Below, one piece after another: positions 1 through 9,405 of a stretch of DNA of 46,508 nt. The notes under the pieces are model-generated. The model made no database searches, was not told the DNA's origin, and saw only the letters and a program-made list of their open reading frames with translations. Every line of letters begins with the position of its first letter. Positions within the stretch are counted from its first letter, which is position 1. Origin of the DNA: a bacterium (lineage in GTDB: Bacteria > Armatimonadota > JACIXR01); contig JACIXQ010000008.1 in the NCBI GenBank assembly GCA_014360465.1, positions 1-46,508 on the forward strand, read 5' to 3'. Made by a program: the position numbers and the translations under genes.

Positions 1-102
1 CAGTACCTGTGGATTTTCTTGGAAATGAATTGAACGACCACAAAATTAAGGTAGAGAAAAATAATGTCTATTTAAAAATAAACCCTTGGAAAATCGTAAC
101 CC

Positions 103-939
103 TCAAATTGAAAGGCTCTTCTTTCGCTCCTTGAGCGCCAAGACTCTTTCGTAGCTCACTTTACACTGCTCAATAAGGAGGATATCCTTTTTAGAGTGGG
201 CGTCCGAGCCCCCGGTTGCAAGGAGGGAGTATGCCCTTACTATTTCCAGATAATGAAGTGAATCCTCGGGGCAATGTGAAGGATGCCATACTTCTATTCC
301 TAATATACCTTCCTTGACCATTTGAGGTATCAAATGATCGACAAAAGATTTCCCTGGATGAGCGAGAACAGCAATGCCACCCGCCTGATTTATTATTCTC
401 ACAGCCTCTTGCCAGAACATTGAATAACGGGGTACATAAGCTGGGCTATCCCTTTTCAACCACTTAGAGAAAGCCTCCTCTTTGCTTTCCGCATAGCCTT
501 TATCAACAAGCGTTTGGGCGATATGCGGTCTGCCTATTGACTCACCTTTAGCCCGCTCCAACACCTCTTCCAAAGTTAGTTTGAAACCAAGCTTTTTCAA
601 TCTTTTTATAATTTCTTCATTTCTCCGCAACCTTGCCTCCCTCTGTTTCTTAAGAGCCTTTAGAAGTTGAGGGTATTCAATATCAATATAATAGCCAAGG
701 ATGTGGATTTCCCTATCGTTGTAATCGGTATTAATCTCCACGGCGGGGATGAGTTCTATCCCCGCCGTGGAGGCTTCCTTCTCTGCCTTTGCTATTGCTG
801 ATACCGAATCATGGTCGGTAATCGCAATAGCCCGAAGTCCAAGCCTAACTACTTCCTGGATTATCTCCTGAGGGCTCCACTCTCCATCGGAAAATGACGA
901 ATGGATATGGAGGTCAGCCCATCCTTTAAGATTCCTCAT
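103..939 (-). CDS. PHP-domain (polymerase/histidinol-phosphatase-like) metal-dependent phosphoesterase
   Basis: N-terminus 'ADLHIHSSFSDG...AITDHD' is the classic PHP motif 1/2. The 278-aa ORF overlaps the upstream CCA gene by 14 nt on the same strand. Confidence 0.6.
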   Translation of the reverse strand: MRNLKGWADLHIHSSFSDGEWSPQEIIQEVVRLGLRAIAITDHDSVSAIAKAEKEASTAGIELIPAVEINTDYNDREIHILGYYIDIEYPQLLKALKKQREARLRRNEEIIKRLKKLGFKLTLEEVLERAKGESIGRPHIAQTLVDKGYAESKEEAFSKWLKRDSPAYVPRYSMFWQEAVRIINQAGGIAVLAHPGKSFVDHLIPQMVKEGILGIEVWHPSHCPEDSLHYLEIVRAYSLLATGGSDAHSKKDILLIEQCKVSYERVLALKERKKSLSI

Positions 940-2281
940 CTAAGAGGCGACGCACAAAATCCAAAGCCTCTTCTTTGGTGCTTATCAAACCCTCGGCATA
1001 GGCCTCTTCCGAGAGCCGCAGTAGCCTGCCAATTGTTGGACCAGGGAGCTGTCCGAATTCCTGCACTATATCTCTTCCACTCAATAGTCTTCTCGGTCGG
1101 CGACTCTCCTTCTTCGCTTCCTCTATAAGCTTCAAGGTAAGCTGTTTGTGCTTTTCCAGTTCCTCCTCGCTAACTTTCTTTGTAGCTAACCTATCGGCGT
1201 ATGAGAGTAGAAGCAACAGGATGGCATCCTCTTTAAGGTCCTGGAAGAAACGAAATACCACACGATGAGAGAGTTCACCAAAATGGCTGAGAAAGGCAGG
1301 ACGCAGGTGATGTCTGACCAATCTCCTTAGTGTCTTCACATCCTTTTTGGAAAGTCTCAAACGCCTTCCTATTTCCCGCATCATAGATTCGCCGAGAACA
1401 TCATGTCCGATGAACCTCACTGTTCCATCCGGCTCGGTTCTGCGTGTGGCAAACTTGCCCACATCGTGAATAAGAGCGCCAAGCTTGAGTATGAAGGCAT
1501 CCTTGCTATCAAGCTTTATATCGGCGAATCCCTCAGCCAGAAGGTTCTCGACTTCCTTTAGGGTGTTGACGGAATGCTCAAATACATCGTCCCCATCCTG
1601 CATAACTCCTTTCAAAGCCGAGAGCTCGGGGAGAATACCCATCAACAGCCCAAGTTCCTCCATAAGCAGGATGTAGGAATAACAAGGAGTAACCCGGGAC
1701 AGTAGGAAAAGCTCCTCTTTTACCCTTTCGGGAGGAGCCTGCGTTATAAGAGGTGCGTGTTTCCTGATTGCCTCCTTGGTTTGTTCCTCAATGGTGAAAC
1801 CCAGGACAGCTGCCAGCCTGATAGCTCTCAACATCCTTAAGGGATCCTCTACGAACGCCTCCTCGGATACCATCCTGAGGACCTTTTCCTCTATGTCCTT
1901 TTTGCCGTTGAATGGGTCTATCAAGGTATTTAGGTCATCAAGAGGAACCGCTAAGGCGTTAGCTGTAAAATCCCTTCTCGCCATATCCTCTTCCACTGTG
2001 CCAGTTAAACTGGATACATCCACCTGTATCCTGCCTGGGAGGAGGCACCTTATCACCCTATAGCCATTCATAACGATTATCTTGCCACCCAGCTGGGAGG
2101 CAATATCGTTAGCAAGGAGGAGCGGGTCCCCGTCGGTCGCAAGGTCTATGTCCTTAGTTTCTCTTTCCAACAACCAGTCCCTCACGAAGCCGCCGACGAG
2201 GTAAGCTTTCATATCATGCTCCCTGGCTATTTTTTCGACCTCTTCCAAAACGATTTTCGTCACGAGGTCAAGCTCTTTCAT
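926..2281 (-). CDS. cca: CCA tRNA nucleotidyltransferase / poly(A) polymerase family protein with HD domain
   Basis: 451 aa. 'GGFVRDWLL...DIDLAT' is the PolyA_pol head motif, and 'LIHDVGK' is an HD-domain motif. This is the typical bacterial CCA-adding enzyme architecture. Confidence 0.6.
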   Translation of the reverse strand: MKELDLVTKIVLEEVEKIAREHDMKAYLVGGFVRDWLLERETKDIDLATDGDPLLLANDIASQLGGKIIVMNGYRVIRCLLPGRIQVDVSSLTGTVEEDMARRDFTANALAVPLDDLNTLIDPFNGKKDIEEKVLRMVSEEAFVEDPLRMLRAIRLAAVLGFTIEEQTKEAIRKHAPLITQAPPERVKEELFLLSRVTPCYSYILLMEELGLLMGILPELSALKGVMQDGDDVFEHSVNTLKEVENLLAEGFADIKLDSKDAFILKLGALIHDVGKFATRRTEPDGTVRFIGHDVLGESMMREIGRRLRLSKKDVKTLRRLVRHHLRPAFLSHFGELSHRVVFRFFQDLKEDAILLLLLSYADRLATKKVSEEELEKHKQLTLKLIEEAKKESRRPRRLLSGRDIVQEFGQLPGPTIGRLLRLSEEAYAEGLISTKEEALDFVRRLLDEES

Positions 2282-3410
2282 ACAACATACCCCCTATCTT
2301 TAATATTTTTGCTATCTCCCTCGCTGTTGATTCCAAAAGCAAGGGAGTTTTTTTCATCGCTTGGCGCAAAGTCATAGGACCATTGACAATGGATAATGCG
2401 GAGGTAATCCCTAAAAGAGAAAGGTCCAATCCTTCCTCTACTTCTCCAGCAAGAGCGATAACGGGCTTACCTTGAGCTCGTCTTATCGCTCCAGAAATCG
2501 CCTTTCCATATGCAGTTTGCTTATCCAATTTTCCTTCACCAGTTATTATCAGGTCAGAGCCTTTGACTTTCTCGTCAAAATTTATGTAGTCCAGTACCGT
2601 GTCTATACCCGAGGAGGGGGTAGCATTCAAAAAAGCAACAAGACCCGCTCCTAACCCTCCAGCAGCGCCTCCGCCTGGCAAGTTTAACACATCCTTTCCG
2701 AGGCATCTCCTAACAACTTCAGCGAAACGCCTCAATCCCTCTTCCAAAAGGATTATATCCTCTGCCTTCGCTCCTTTTTGGGGAGCGTAGACACGCGCTG
2801 CGTCCAGGAGGGTGTTCTGGACATCTGATGCAATGATAATTTTAACATTTTGTAATCGTTTGTCCACTTCGTCTATCTCTATCTTTTCCATTTTTAAAAG
2901 TCCCTCCCCACCCAAGGGGACATCCTCTCCGTTTTCGTCTAATATCCTGAAGCCAATCGCTTGAGCCATACCAATCCCTGCGTCATTAGTCGCCGAACCT
3001 CCAATGCCTACTATTATCCTTTCAACTCCTTCGTCAAGAGCAAACTTTATTAGTTCACCAACACCATAAGTCGTTGTTTTAAGGGGATTCCTTTTCTTGG
3101 GTGGAACGAGGGAAAGTCCAGCTGCTTGGGCCATTTCCACCACGGCGGTTTTGCCATCCCCAAGCAGGGCAAAATGAGCGTTAACTTTTTCGCCAAGCGG
3201 TCCCGTTACTTTTTTTCTAATCAGTTTACCGTTTGTGGCTTTTGCCATAATAAAAGCGGTTCCCTCACCACCATCGGCAAGAGGAAGCTCTATCACTTCC
3301 GCCTCGGGAAGTTCACATCTCAAACCCTTAGAAATAGCTTCAGCAACTTGCCAAGCCGGAAGACTTCCTTTAAATGAATCGGGGCAAACTACAATTTTCA
3401 TCCCTGCCAA
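2268..3410 (-). CDS. glycerate kinase (GlxK/GarK family)
   Basis: 380 aa. 'MKIVVCPDSFKGSL' N-terminus and glycine-rich 'GGGAAGGLGAGL' C-terminal region are typical of the glycerate kinase family. Confidence 0.7.
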   Translation of the reverse strand: MAGMKIVVCPDSFKGSLPAWQVAEAISKGLRCELPEAEVIELPLADGGEGTAFIMAKATNGKLIRKKVTGPLGEKVNAHFALLGDGKTAVVEMAQAAGLSLVPPKKRNPLKTTTYGVGELIKFALDEGVERIIVGIGGSATNDAGIGMAQAIGFRILDENGEDVPLGGEGLLKMEKIEIDEVDKRLQNVKIIIASDVQNTLLDAARVYAPQKGAKAEDIILLEEGLRRFAEVVRRCLGKDVLNLPGGGAAGGLGAGLVAFLNATPSSGIDTVLDYINFDEKVKGSDLIITGEGKLDKQTAYGKAISGAIRRAQGKPVIALAGEVEEGLDLSLLGITSALSIVNGPMTLRQAMKKTPLLLESTAREIAKILKIGGMLYERA

Positions 3411-3634
3411 AGCTTCCTCAATTCCGCTTCTATTGCCTCTGCGGTTGTTCCGAAAATTACCTGCACCGCTTTACCCATCTTAACCACACCCAGAGCTCCC
3501 AATTGCCTGAGCCTCGCCTCGTTTACTTTACCAGCATCTTTGACCTCCAGGCGAAGACGGGTGATGCAGGCATCCATTTTCTCTATGTTTTCTTTGCCAC
3601 CTAATGCGATTAGTAATTCCTCAGCTCTCTCCAT
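3398..3634 (-). CDS. stand-alone PTS EIIB (glucose-family) domain protein
   Basis: 78 aa. 'LGGKENIEKMDACITRLRLEVKD...GVVKMGKAVQVIFG' matches the EIIB-Glc fold with the phospho-Cys in the C-I-T-R-L-R motif. It overlaps the glycerate kinase start by 13 nt. Confidence 0.6.
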   Translation of the reverse strand: MERAEELLIALGGKENIEKMDACITRLRLEVKDAGKVNEARLRQLGALGVVKMGKAVQVIFGTTAEAIEAELRKLWQG

Positions 3635-3744
3635 ATTTGACTAAATTATTTTAGCAAATAAATAAAAAACGGCAAATGATAATGTTTCCATCTTAAGCAA
3701 TTATTATCTCATCTACTTCACGGTGCTTTTAGCGAACCCGAATG

Positions 3745-3772
3745 TTCTCGTGTAGCTTGTGCGCCGGATAAT
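3745..3772 (+). promoter_or_regulatory. putative sigma70-type promoter upstream of the modA-like gene (-35 TTCTCG, 16-bp spacer, -10 GATAAT)
   Basis: Hexamers read directly from the sequence. The spacer contains GTAGCTTGTGC, which also occurs in the dnaE promoter region. Confidence 0.3.
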
Positions 3773-3999
3773 TTCAAATGTTAAGGAAATCTATTCAAAC
3801 TGTTTTTAGCTTCTAAAACGCAATTTATACATCTTCCCCACTCATTGTGCAGTATCACATCTCAAAATAGAGAGTGATTTATCCCTACTACGAACAAGTT
3901 TTTAAAATAGAGCGACAGCATTCAGTACAACCCAATTTGACACAAAAAATTCATTATATTGACACAGATAAAGTGTATAAGTTTTTTTGGTGAAGGAAA

Positions 4000-4812
4000 A
4001 TGAAAAAGCTTAACAATGCCTTCCTTATGTTTCTTATTTTGATACTTTCTCTTCCATCTCTTTCCACCTGTAAGGGTGTGAAAGGAGACAAACTTTTCGT
4101 CTATTGTGGAGCAGCAATTAGCCCCCCAATGTTGGAGATAGGCAAGGAATTTGAAAAACAATACGGAACAAAGGTTGAATTTACCTTTGCCGGCTCACCT
4201 TGCCTGTTGGCGCAGATAACATTTGCCAAAAGTGGCGACCTATATATGCCCGGCGAAGATTGGTATATGGACCAGGCTATTAAAAAAGGGTTAATTGAAA
4301 AATGGGCACCAGTCGCACTTTTCACCCCCGTTATAGCGGTTCAGAAAGGGAACCCCAAGAAGATCAAGTCAATACTTGATTTTCGCAGGGAAGACCTCAG
4401 AATAGGTTTAGGCAATAAGGAAGCTTGTGCTATAGGCAAAATTTCCGATGAGATATTCAAGAAAGCAGAAAAGGTACTTGGGGCTAAGGGATTGGCAGAA
4501 GCAATCTGGAAAAATACCAAGTATATGGCTATGCAAGAACCAGAGCTGGGGAATACAATAAAGCTGAAACATATTGACGCAACAATTATTTGGAACTCAA
4601 CGGCTTATAGAATCAGAAATTCTATAGATATCATCCCTATTGACCCACGCTACAGAATAGATTCCACAATTCCCCTTGGCGTTTTGAAATTCAGCAACAA
4701 TAAGGAACTCGCATATGCTTTCCTTGAGTTTGTCCAATCCAGTAAATCGCAGAGTATATTTAAAAAACATGGCTTCTCTATTCCAAATTCCTTGAAGAAT
4801 AAGAAGAAATGA
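4000..4812 (+). CDS. periplasmic substrate-binding protein, molybdate/tungstate/sulfate (ModA/WtpA-like) type
   Basis: Signal peptide with a Cys lipobox ('LSLPSLSTC'). 'VYCGAAISPPMLEIGKEFEKQYGTKVEFTFAGS' resembles the ModA N-lobe. A 4-nt ATGA overlap joins it to the permease gene. Confidence 0.55.
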   Translation: MKKLNNAFLMFLILILSLPSLSTCKGVKGDKLFVYCGAAISPPMLEIGKEFEKQYGTKVEFTFAGSPCLLAQITFAKSGDLYMPGEDWYMDQAIKKGLIEKWAPVALFTPVIAVQKGNPKKIKSILDFRREDLRIGLGNKEACAIGKISDEIFKKAEKVLGAKGLAEAIWKNTKYMAMQEPELGNTIKLKHIDATIIWNSTAYRIRNSIDIIPIDPRYRIDSTIPLGVLKFSNNKELAYAFLEFVQSSKSQSIFKKHGFSIPNSLKNKKK

Positions 4813-5615
4813 AAGTATCATCGGCAAGACGAAAAGAGCTCTTCTTCCAGACAACCACTTCCTCTCTCTTATTCATATACCTTTTCTATGTCATCGCTCT
4901 GATTTTAGCGGACGCAATTTATCCCAAGTTGGGCGATTTATGGCGGGCATTCCGCTCAGAAGAGATGCTCTTTGCGATAAAGCTTAGCATAATTACCTCC
5001 CTCGTCACTACATTCATCTCGGCGTTAATCGCTATTCCATCCGCTTATGCCCTCTCCCGTTTTCGGTTCCCCTTACCAACCCTGATAGATACAATCCTTG
5101 ATTTACCTATAGTCCTTCCTCCCCTCGTGGCAGGGATAAGCATACTGGTCTTCTTTGACACAGCGCTAGGTAGATGGATAGAAAAACTTGGCATCCACTT
5201 CGTCCATACGACCTATGGAATAATCCTCGCTCAATTCACCATCGCTGCAGCTTTCGCTGTCAGAGCTTGTAAAGCTGCATTTGACGATGTCTCCCCACGC
5301 TATGAAGATGTCGCCCGCTCGCTTGGCTGTAGTAGACCACTGGCATTCTGGAAAGTAACCCTTCCTCTCGCAAAGAATGGGATAATTGCGGGTATTATAA
5401 TGACCTGGGCAAGGGCAATGGGTGAATTCGCTCCTATAATTATTGTGGCAGGGGCAACTCCACTCAAAACCGAGGTTTTGCCAATCGCAATATTTATGAA
5501 TTTGAGCATAGGAAACATTGAAATAGCCCTTGCTGCCACTCTGATACTCGTCTTCATCTCCTTTATTACTCTCCTCCTTTTCAAACTATTAGGAGGAAAA
5601 CTTTATCTACGCTAA
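4809..5615 (+). CDS. ABC transporter permease, ModB/CysTW-like
   Basis: 268 aa, polytopic. The 'ARSLGCSRPLAFWKVTLPLAKNGIIAG...GEFAPIIIVAG' region is a ModB-type EAA loop. No ATPase gene is adjacent. Confidence 0.6.
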   Translation: MKVSSARRKELFFQTTTSSLLFIYLFYVIALILADAIYPKLGDLWRAFRSEEMLFAIKLSIITSLVTTFISALIAIPSAYALSRFRFPLPTLIDTILDLPIVLPPLVAGISILVFFDTALGRWIEKLGIHFVHTTYGIILAQFTIAAAFAVRACKAAFDDVSPRYEDVARSLGCSRPLAFWKVTLPLAKNGIIAGIIMTWARAMGEFAPIIIVAGATPLKTEVLPIAIFMNLSIGNIEIALAATLILVFISFITLLLFKLLGGKLYLR

Positions 5616-5850
5616 ATGTTATCCTAAATTAGACACAGCGAAGGTTAAAGCTGTAAATGCATCCAATTAGCTTTAATGCCCCCTTCCAATGGGATTAAAT
5701 ATATTTATGGGTTTCTACATCCTCCATAACATATGGTACTTCCCCCGAATCTATCCTAATTATTGAAACAGAAAAAAACAGCAGATTTTTTCCGGAACAT
5801 ATCAATTTCCTTTTCCAATACTACATCGCACTGTTAGTGGTAACGATTTC

Positions 5851-5879
5851 TTCACGGGTAGCTTGTGCAAATTTATAAT
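5851..5879 (+). promoter_or_regulatory. putative sigma70 promoter for dnaE (-35 TTCACG, 17-bp spacer, -10 TATAAT)
   Basis: Hexamers and spacing read directly; about 105 nt upstream of the dnaE start region. Confidence 0.35.
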
Positions 5880-5991
5880 TATCAATGTCTTTCTTAGGTT
5901 TTTCAATCCTTGCTTTTCCCCGTCCCCTCTAATATAATATTAACAATAAATCCCCACCTCAAAGGAGGGCTGAGAGCCTGCAATATGTCTT

Positions 5992-8900
5992 TTGTCCATC
6001 TCCTCGGAGTTCAGCCTATTGGATGGAATGTGTAGAATAGACGAGATAGTTGAGCACGCCGCACAATTGGATATGCCCGCTTTGGCTATCACAGACCATG
6101 GTGTCCTTTATGGTGTTATTCCCTTTTACCTCAAGTGCAAGGAGGTAGGCATAAAACCCATAATTGGCTGCGAGATGTATGTTGCTCAACGCAAAGCAAC
6201 AGATAGAGAAAGCTTGAAGGACTCATCTCCCTATCATCTCATTCTCCTCGCTAAAAATTTAAAAGGATATAAAAACCTCATTAAATTGGTTTCTTACGCA
6301 AACACTGAAGGTTTCTACTATAAACCGAGGGTTGATAAGGAGCTTCTTGCCAAGCATAGCGAGGGGTTGATAGCCCTTTCCAGCTGTCTTGTCGGGGAGA
6401 TATCTCGCAAGATACTTGAAAATGACTATGAGGGAGCTGAAAAGGCTGCCCTGGAATACAAGGAGATTTTCGGTGAGCGCAATTTCTATCTTGAGCTTCA
6501 GGACCACGGTCTTCCAGAGGAAAAGAAAACGCGAGAGGCATTGATAGAATTAAGCAAACGACTTTCCATTCCCCTTGTGGCAACAAATGATGTCCATTAT
6601 TGCCATAAAAAACAGGCTGATATTCACAATGTTCTGATCTGCATTGGCACAGGAAGCACCGTGAACAAACCGAAAAAAATCGGCTTCGGTACCCCCGAAT
6701 TTTACTTCAAAACTCCCAAGGAGATGAACGAGCTCTTTTACGATGTCCCAGAAGCGATAAACAACACACTTGAAATCGCCGCTAAATGTAATTTAGAACT
6801 CGAGTTAGGAACACCATATCTGCCCTATTTCCAGGTACCCGATGGATATACCTTAGATTTCTATTTGGAGAAAATTTGTTGGGACAATTTCCCCAAACGC
6901 TACCCAAACGGAGATGAAAAAGCAAAGGAACGTTTAAAATACGAGCTTTCAATCATCAAGGAAAAAGGATACTCCGGCTATTTCCTCATCGTTTGGGACA
7001 TAGTCAAAGCGGCCAAAGAAAGAGGTATTCCAGTCGGTCCGGGGAGAGGCTCGGCAGCCGGTAGTATAGTCTCATATGTCCTGGGAATAACCCAGTTAGA
7101 CCCCCTTAAATACGGACTGCTATTTGAGAGATTTCTCAATCCCGAGCGGGTGAGTATGCCCGATATAGATTTGGATTTCTGCGATGTTCGCCGTGAAGAG
7201 GTAATTAGATATGTCATAGATAAATACGGCAAGGATAAAGTAGCGCAAATAATCACTTTCGGAACGATGGCAGCGAGAGCTGCGATAAGGGACGCAGGCA
7301 GGGCTTTAGAAATTCCATTATCAACGGTTGATAGAATAGCTAAGCTCGTTCCTCAAGGCTCAACCATAAACGAGGCAATAGCAAATGATGCAAACTTGAG
7401 AGAATTCTATGAGACAGACGAGCAAATAAGGCGCCTGCTTGATACTGCCCGCGCTTTGGAGGGATTGTCTCGGCATGCAAGCACACACGCCGCGGGGGTT
7501 GTTATCGCTCCTGAACCGTTGGAAGAACTTGTGCCCCTCCAGCGATCCACAGAAGGTTTTGGACTGACAACACAGTTCGACAAAGACGCTTTGGAAAAAG
7601 TCGGTCTTCTCAAAATGGACCTTCTCGGATTAAGAACCCTAACCGTTGTTGAATCCTGCATTGAAAATGTTGCGAAAAGGAAAGGAGAAAAAATAGAGTT
7701 AAATAAAATTCCTTTGAACGATAAAAAAACATATAACTTGCTTTCAAAGGGCGAAACGGTAGGTGTCTTCCAGCTGGAAAGCAGTGGTATGAGGAAACTT
7801 TTACGGGATTCGAAACCCACGAGATTTGACGACCTCATAACCTTGCTCGCCCTTTATCGCCCCGGTCCACTTAGGTCTGGAATGGTGGATGAATTCATTA
7901 GGAATAAAAAAGAGAATACCAAGAACTATCTCCACCCAGTTTTGAAGGAAATCCTCGATGAAACGAGGGGGGTTCTTGTTTTCCAAGAACAGGTTATGCA
8001 GATAGCGGCAAAGCTCGCTGGCTTCACAATGGGACAAGCAGAAACGCTTATGAGGGCGATGAGCAAGAAAAAGGCTGATATGATGAATCAGATGAAACCG
8101 CTTTTCATAGAAGGTGCCCAAAAAAGAGGGGTGAAAAGGGAAGTAGCTGAGGAGATATTCGATCAGATGGCTAACTTCGCTTCCTACGGCTTTAACAAGT
8201 CGCACTCTGCCGTTTATGCGCTCCTCGCCTATCAAACTGCATACCTAAAAGCACATCATCCCCTTGAATATATGTCCGCCCTGCTCACAAGTCATATGGA
8301 GAATAAGGACAAACTTGCCTTCTTCGCTGAGGAATGCCGCGCAATGAACATCAAGCTACTACCCCCTGATATAAACAATAGCGAACTTTATTTCTCTGTT
8401 GAGGAGGATAGCATAAGGGTTCCCTTGACCGCGATAAAAGGAGTCTCTAAGGGGCAGGTTGCTGAGATTATTAAGGAAAGGGAAAGAGGTGGGAAATTCC
8501 GCTCCATCGAAGACTTCTGCATCAGAATGCAAGATGCGAAGCTTACACGTCCTGTACTGGAAGCTCTCATTAAAGCTGGAGCCTTCGACAGTTTAGGATA
8601 TAAACGCCAACAGCTTATGGCAGGCATAACCAATATCCTCAACGCCCTCCAACCAGAAGCAAAAGTTGGACAGTCAAGTCTCTTTGGAGAAAGCGAGGTA
8701 GCACCGCTGACGATAGAACTACCTTCCTGCGAAGAATATGCACAAGACAAGCTCCTGGCGATGGAGAAGGACCTTATCGGTGTATATCTCAGCGATCATC
8801 CTCTTGCCCAAATAAGCGATGCACTGGCAAGATACAATCCTTTGCCATCAACCACTCTTGAGGACTTGGAAGAGGGTCAGTCGGTTTGCCTGGCTGGGAT

Positions 8901-9405
8901 AATTACAAGGACAAAACTTCTAATTACCCAAAAAACCAATGAGAGGATGGCTTCCCTTGCTATGGAAGATAAACACGGTTCTTTCAGAGTGGTCGTTTTC
9001 CCCAATCTCTATAACGAATTCTCCCGCTTCCTTCAGAAAGATAGCATCCTCGTGGTCAGAGGTAGGGTGAGAAGAACGACACAGAATGGCGGAGAGGAAG
9101 AGGAAAAGGAGATAATAGCAGAGGACATAATCCCACTATCTGCGAGGGGCGAACCTTTGATATTATCAAATCATACCACAGTTCATATCAAAGTCAGCAG
9201 GGAACACAACAATCGCAATACACTTCAGAGGTTGAGGGAACTCTTCATTTTCCATAAAGGAAATGTGAAGGTTATCCTTCATTTGATTACGAAGGATGGG
9301 GAACACCGCTTCACCCTTGGCGATAAACTCAAAGTGAAGCCAACTGCTAACTTTATTGATGATATCTCCTATCTCCTTGGAAAGGATGCGATATGGCTTC
9401 AATAA
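5992..9405 (+). CDS. dnaE: DNA polymerase III alpha subunit (DnaE)
   Basis: 1137 aa with a PHP N-terminal domain ('SEFSLLDG...ALAITDHG'), the polymerase core, and the 'FNKSHSAVYALLAYQTAYLKAHHP' region. The annotated start is a TTG. An ATG at 5985 in another frame encodes 'MSFVHL' (see findings). Confidence 0.9.
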   Translation: MSISSEFSLLDGMCRIDEIVEHAAQLDMPALAITDHGVLYGVIPFYLKCKEVGIKPIIGCEMYVAQRKATDRESLKDSSPYHLILLAKNLKGYKNLIKLVSYANTEGFYYKPRVDKELLAKHSEGLIALSSCLVGEISRKILENDYEGAEKAALEYKEIFGERNFYLELQDHGLPEEKKTREALIELSKRLSIPLVATNDVHYCHKKQADIHNVLICIGTGSTVNKPKKIGFGTPEFYFKTPKEMNELFYDVPEAINNTLEIAAKCNLELELGTPYLPYFQVPDGYTLDFYLEKICWDNFPKRYPNGDEKAKERLKYELSIIKEKGYSGYFLIVWDIVKAAKERGIPVGPGRGSAAGSIVSYVLGITQLDPLKYGLLFERFLNPERVSMPDIDLDFCDVRREEVIRYVIDKYGKDKVAQIITFGTMAARAAIRDAGRALEIPLSTVDRIAKLVPQGSTINEAIANDANLREFYETDEQIRRLLDTARALEGLSRHASTHAAGVVIAPEPLEELVPLQRSTEGFGLTTQFDKDALEKVGLLKMDLLGLRTLTVVESCIENVAKRKGEKIELNKIPLNDKKTYNLLSKGETVGVFQLESSGMRKLLRDSKPTRFDDLITLLALYRPGPLRSGMVDEFIRNKKENTKNYLHPVLKEILDETRGVLVFQEQVMQIAAKLAGFTMGQAETLMRAMSKKKADMMNQMKPLFIEGAQKRGVKREVAEEIFDQMANFASYGFNKSHSAVYALLAYQTAYLKAHHPLEYMSALLTSHMENKDKLAFFAEECRAMNIKLLPPDINNSELYFSVEEDSIRVPLTAIKGVSKGQVAEIIKERERGGKFRSIEDFCIRMQDAKLTRPVLEALIKAGAFDSLGYKRQQLMAGITNILNALQPEAKVGQSSLFGESEVAPLTIELPSCEEYAQDKLLAMEKDLIGVYLSDHPLAQISDALARYNPLPSTTLEDLEEGQSVCLAGIITRTKLLITQKTNERMASLAMEDKHGSFRVVVFPNLYNEFSRFLQKDSILVVRGRVRRTTQNGGEEEEKEIIAEDIIPLSARGEPLILSNHTTVHIKVSREHNNRNTLQRLRELFIFHKGNVKVILHLITKDGEHRFTLGDKLKVKPTANFIDDISYLLGKDAIWLQ

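Noticed and set aside
901-1128. Many short ORFs (60-180 aa) lie antisense to or overlap the large genes. Examples are 901-1128, 1485-1676, 6281-6586, 11824-12369, 14375-15082, 21228-21668 and 30715-31092.
   Set aside because: They are embedded entirely within long, well-supported CDSs on the opposite strand or in other frames. Their composition is low-complexity and they show no recognisable motifs. They are treated as spurious.
3635-3999. Scanned intergenic regions (3635-3999, 5616-5991, 17769-18153, 35377-35538, 43649-43898) for tRNA/ncRNA cloverleafs or CRISPR-like repeats.
   Set aside because: No acceptor-stem/anticodon-arm pattern was found, and no regularly spaced direct repeats. The regions are AT-rich promoter/leader sequence.
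5985-6035. Considered programmed ribosomal frameshifting at the dnaE start.
   Set aside because: Programmed frameshifting is established for dnaX, not dnaE. No slippery heptamer or stimulatory structure is evident. A single-base error or a TTG start is more parsimonious. It is still reported as a finding for verification.
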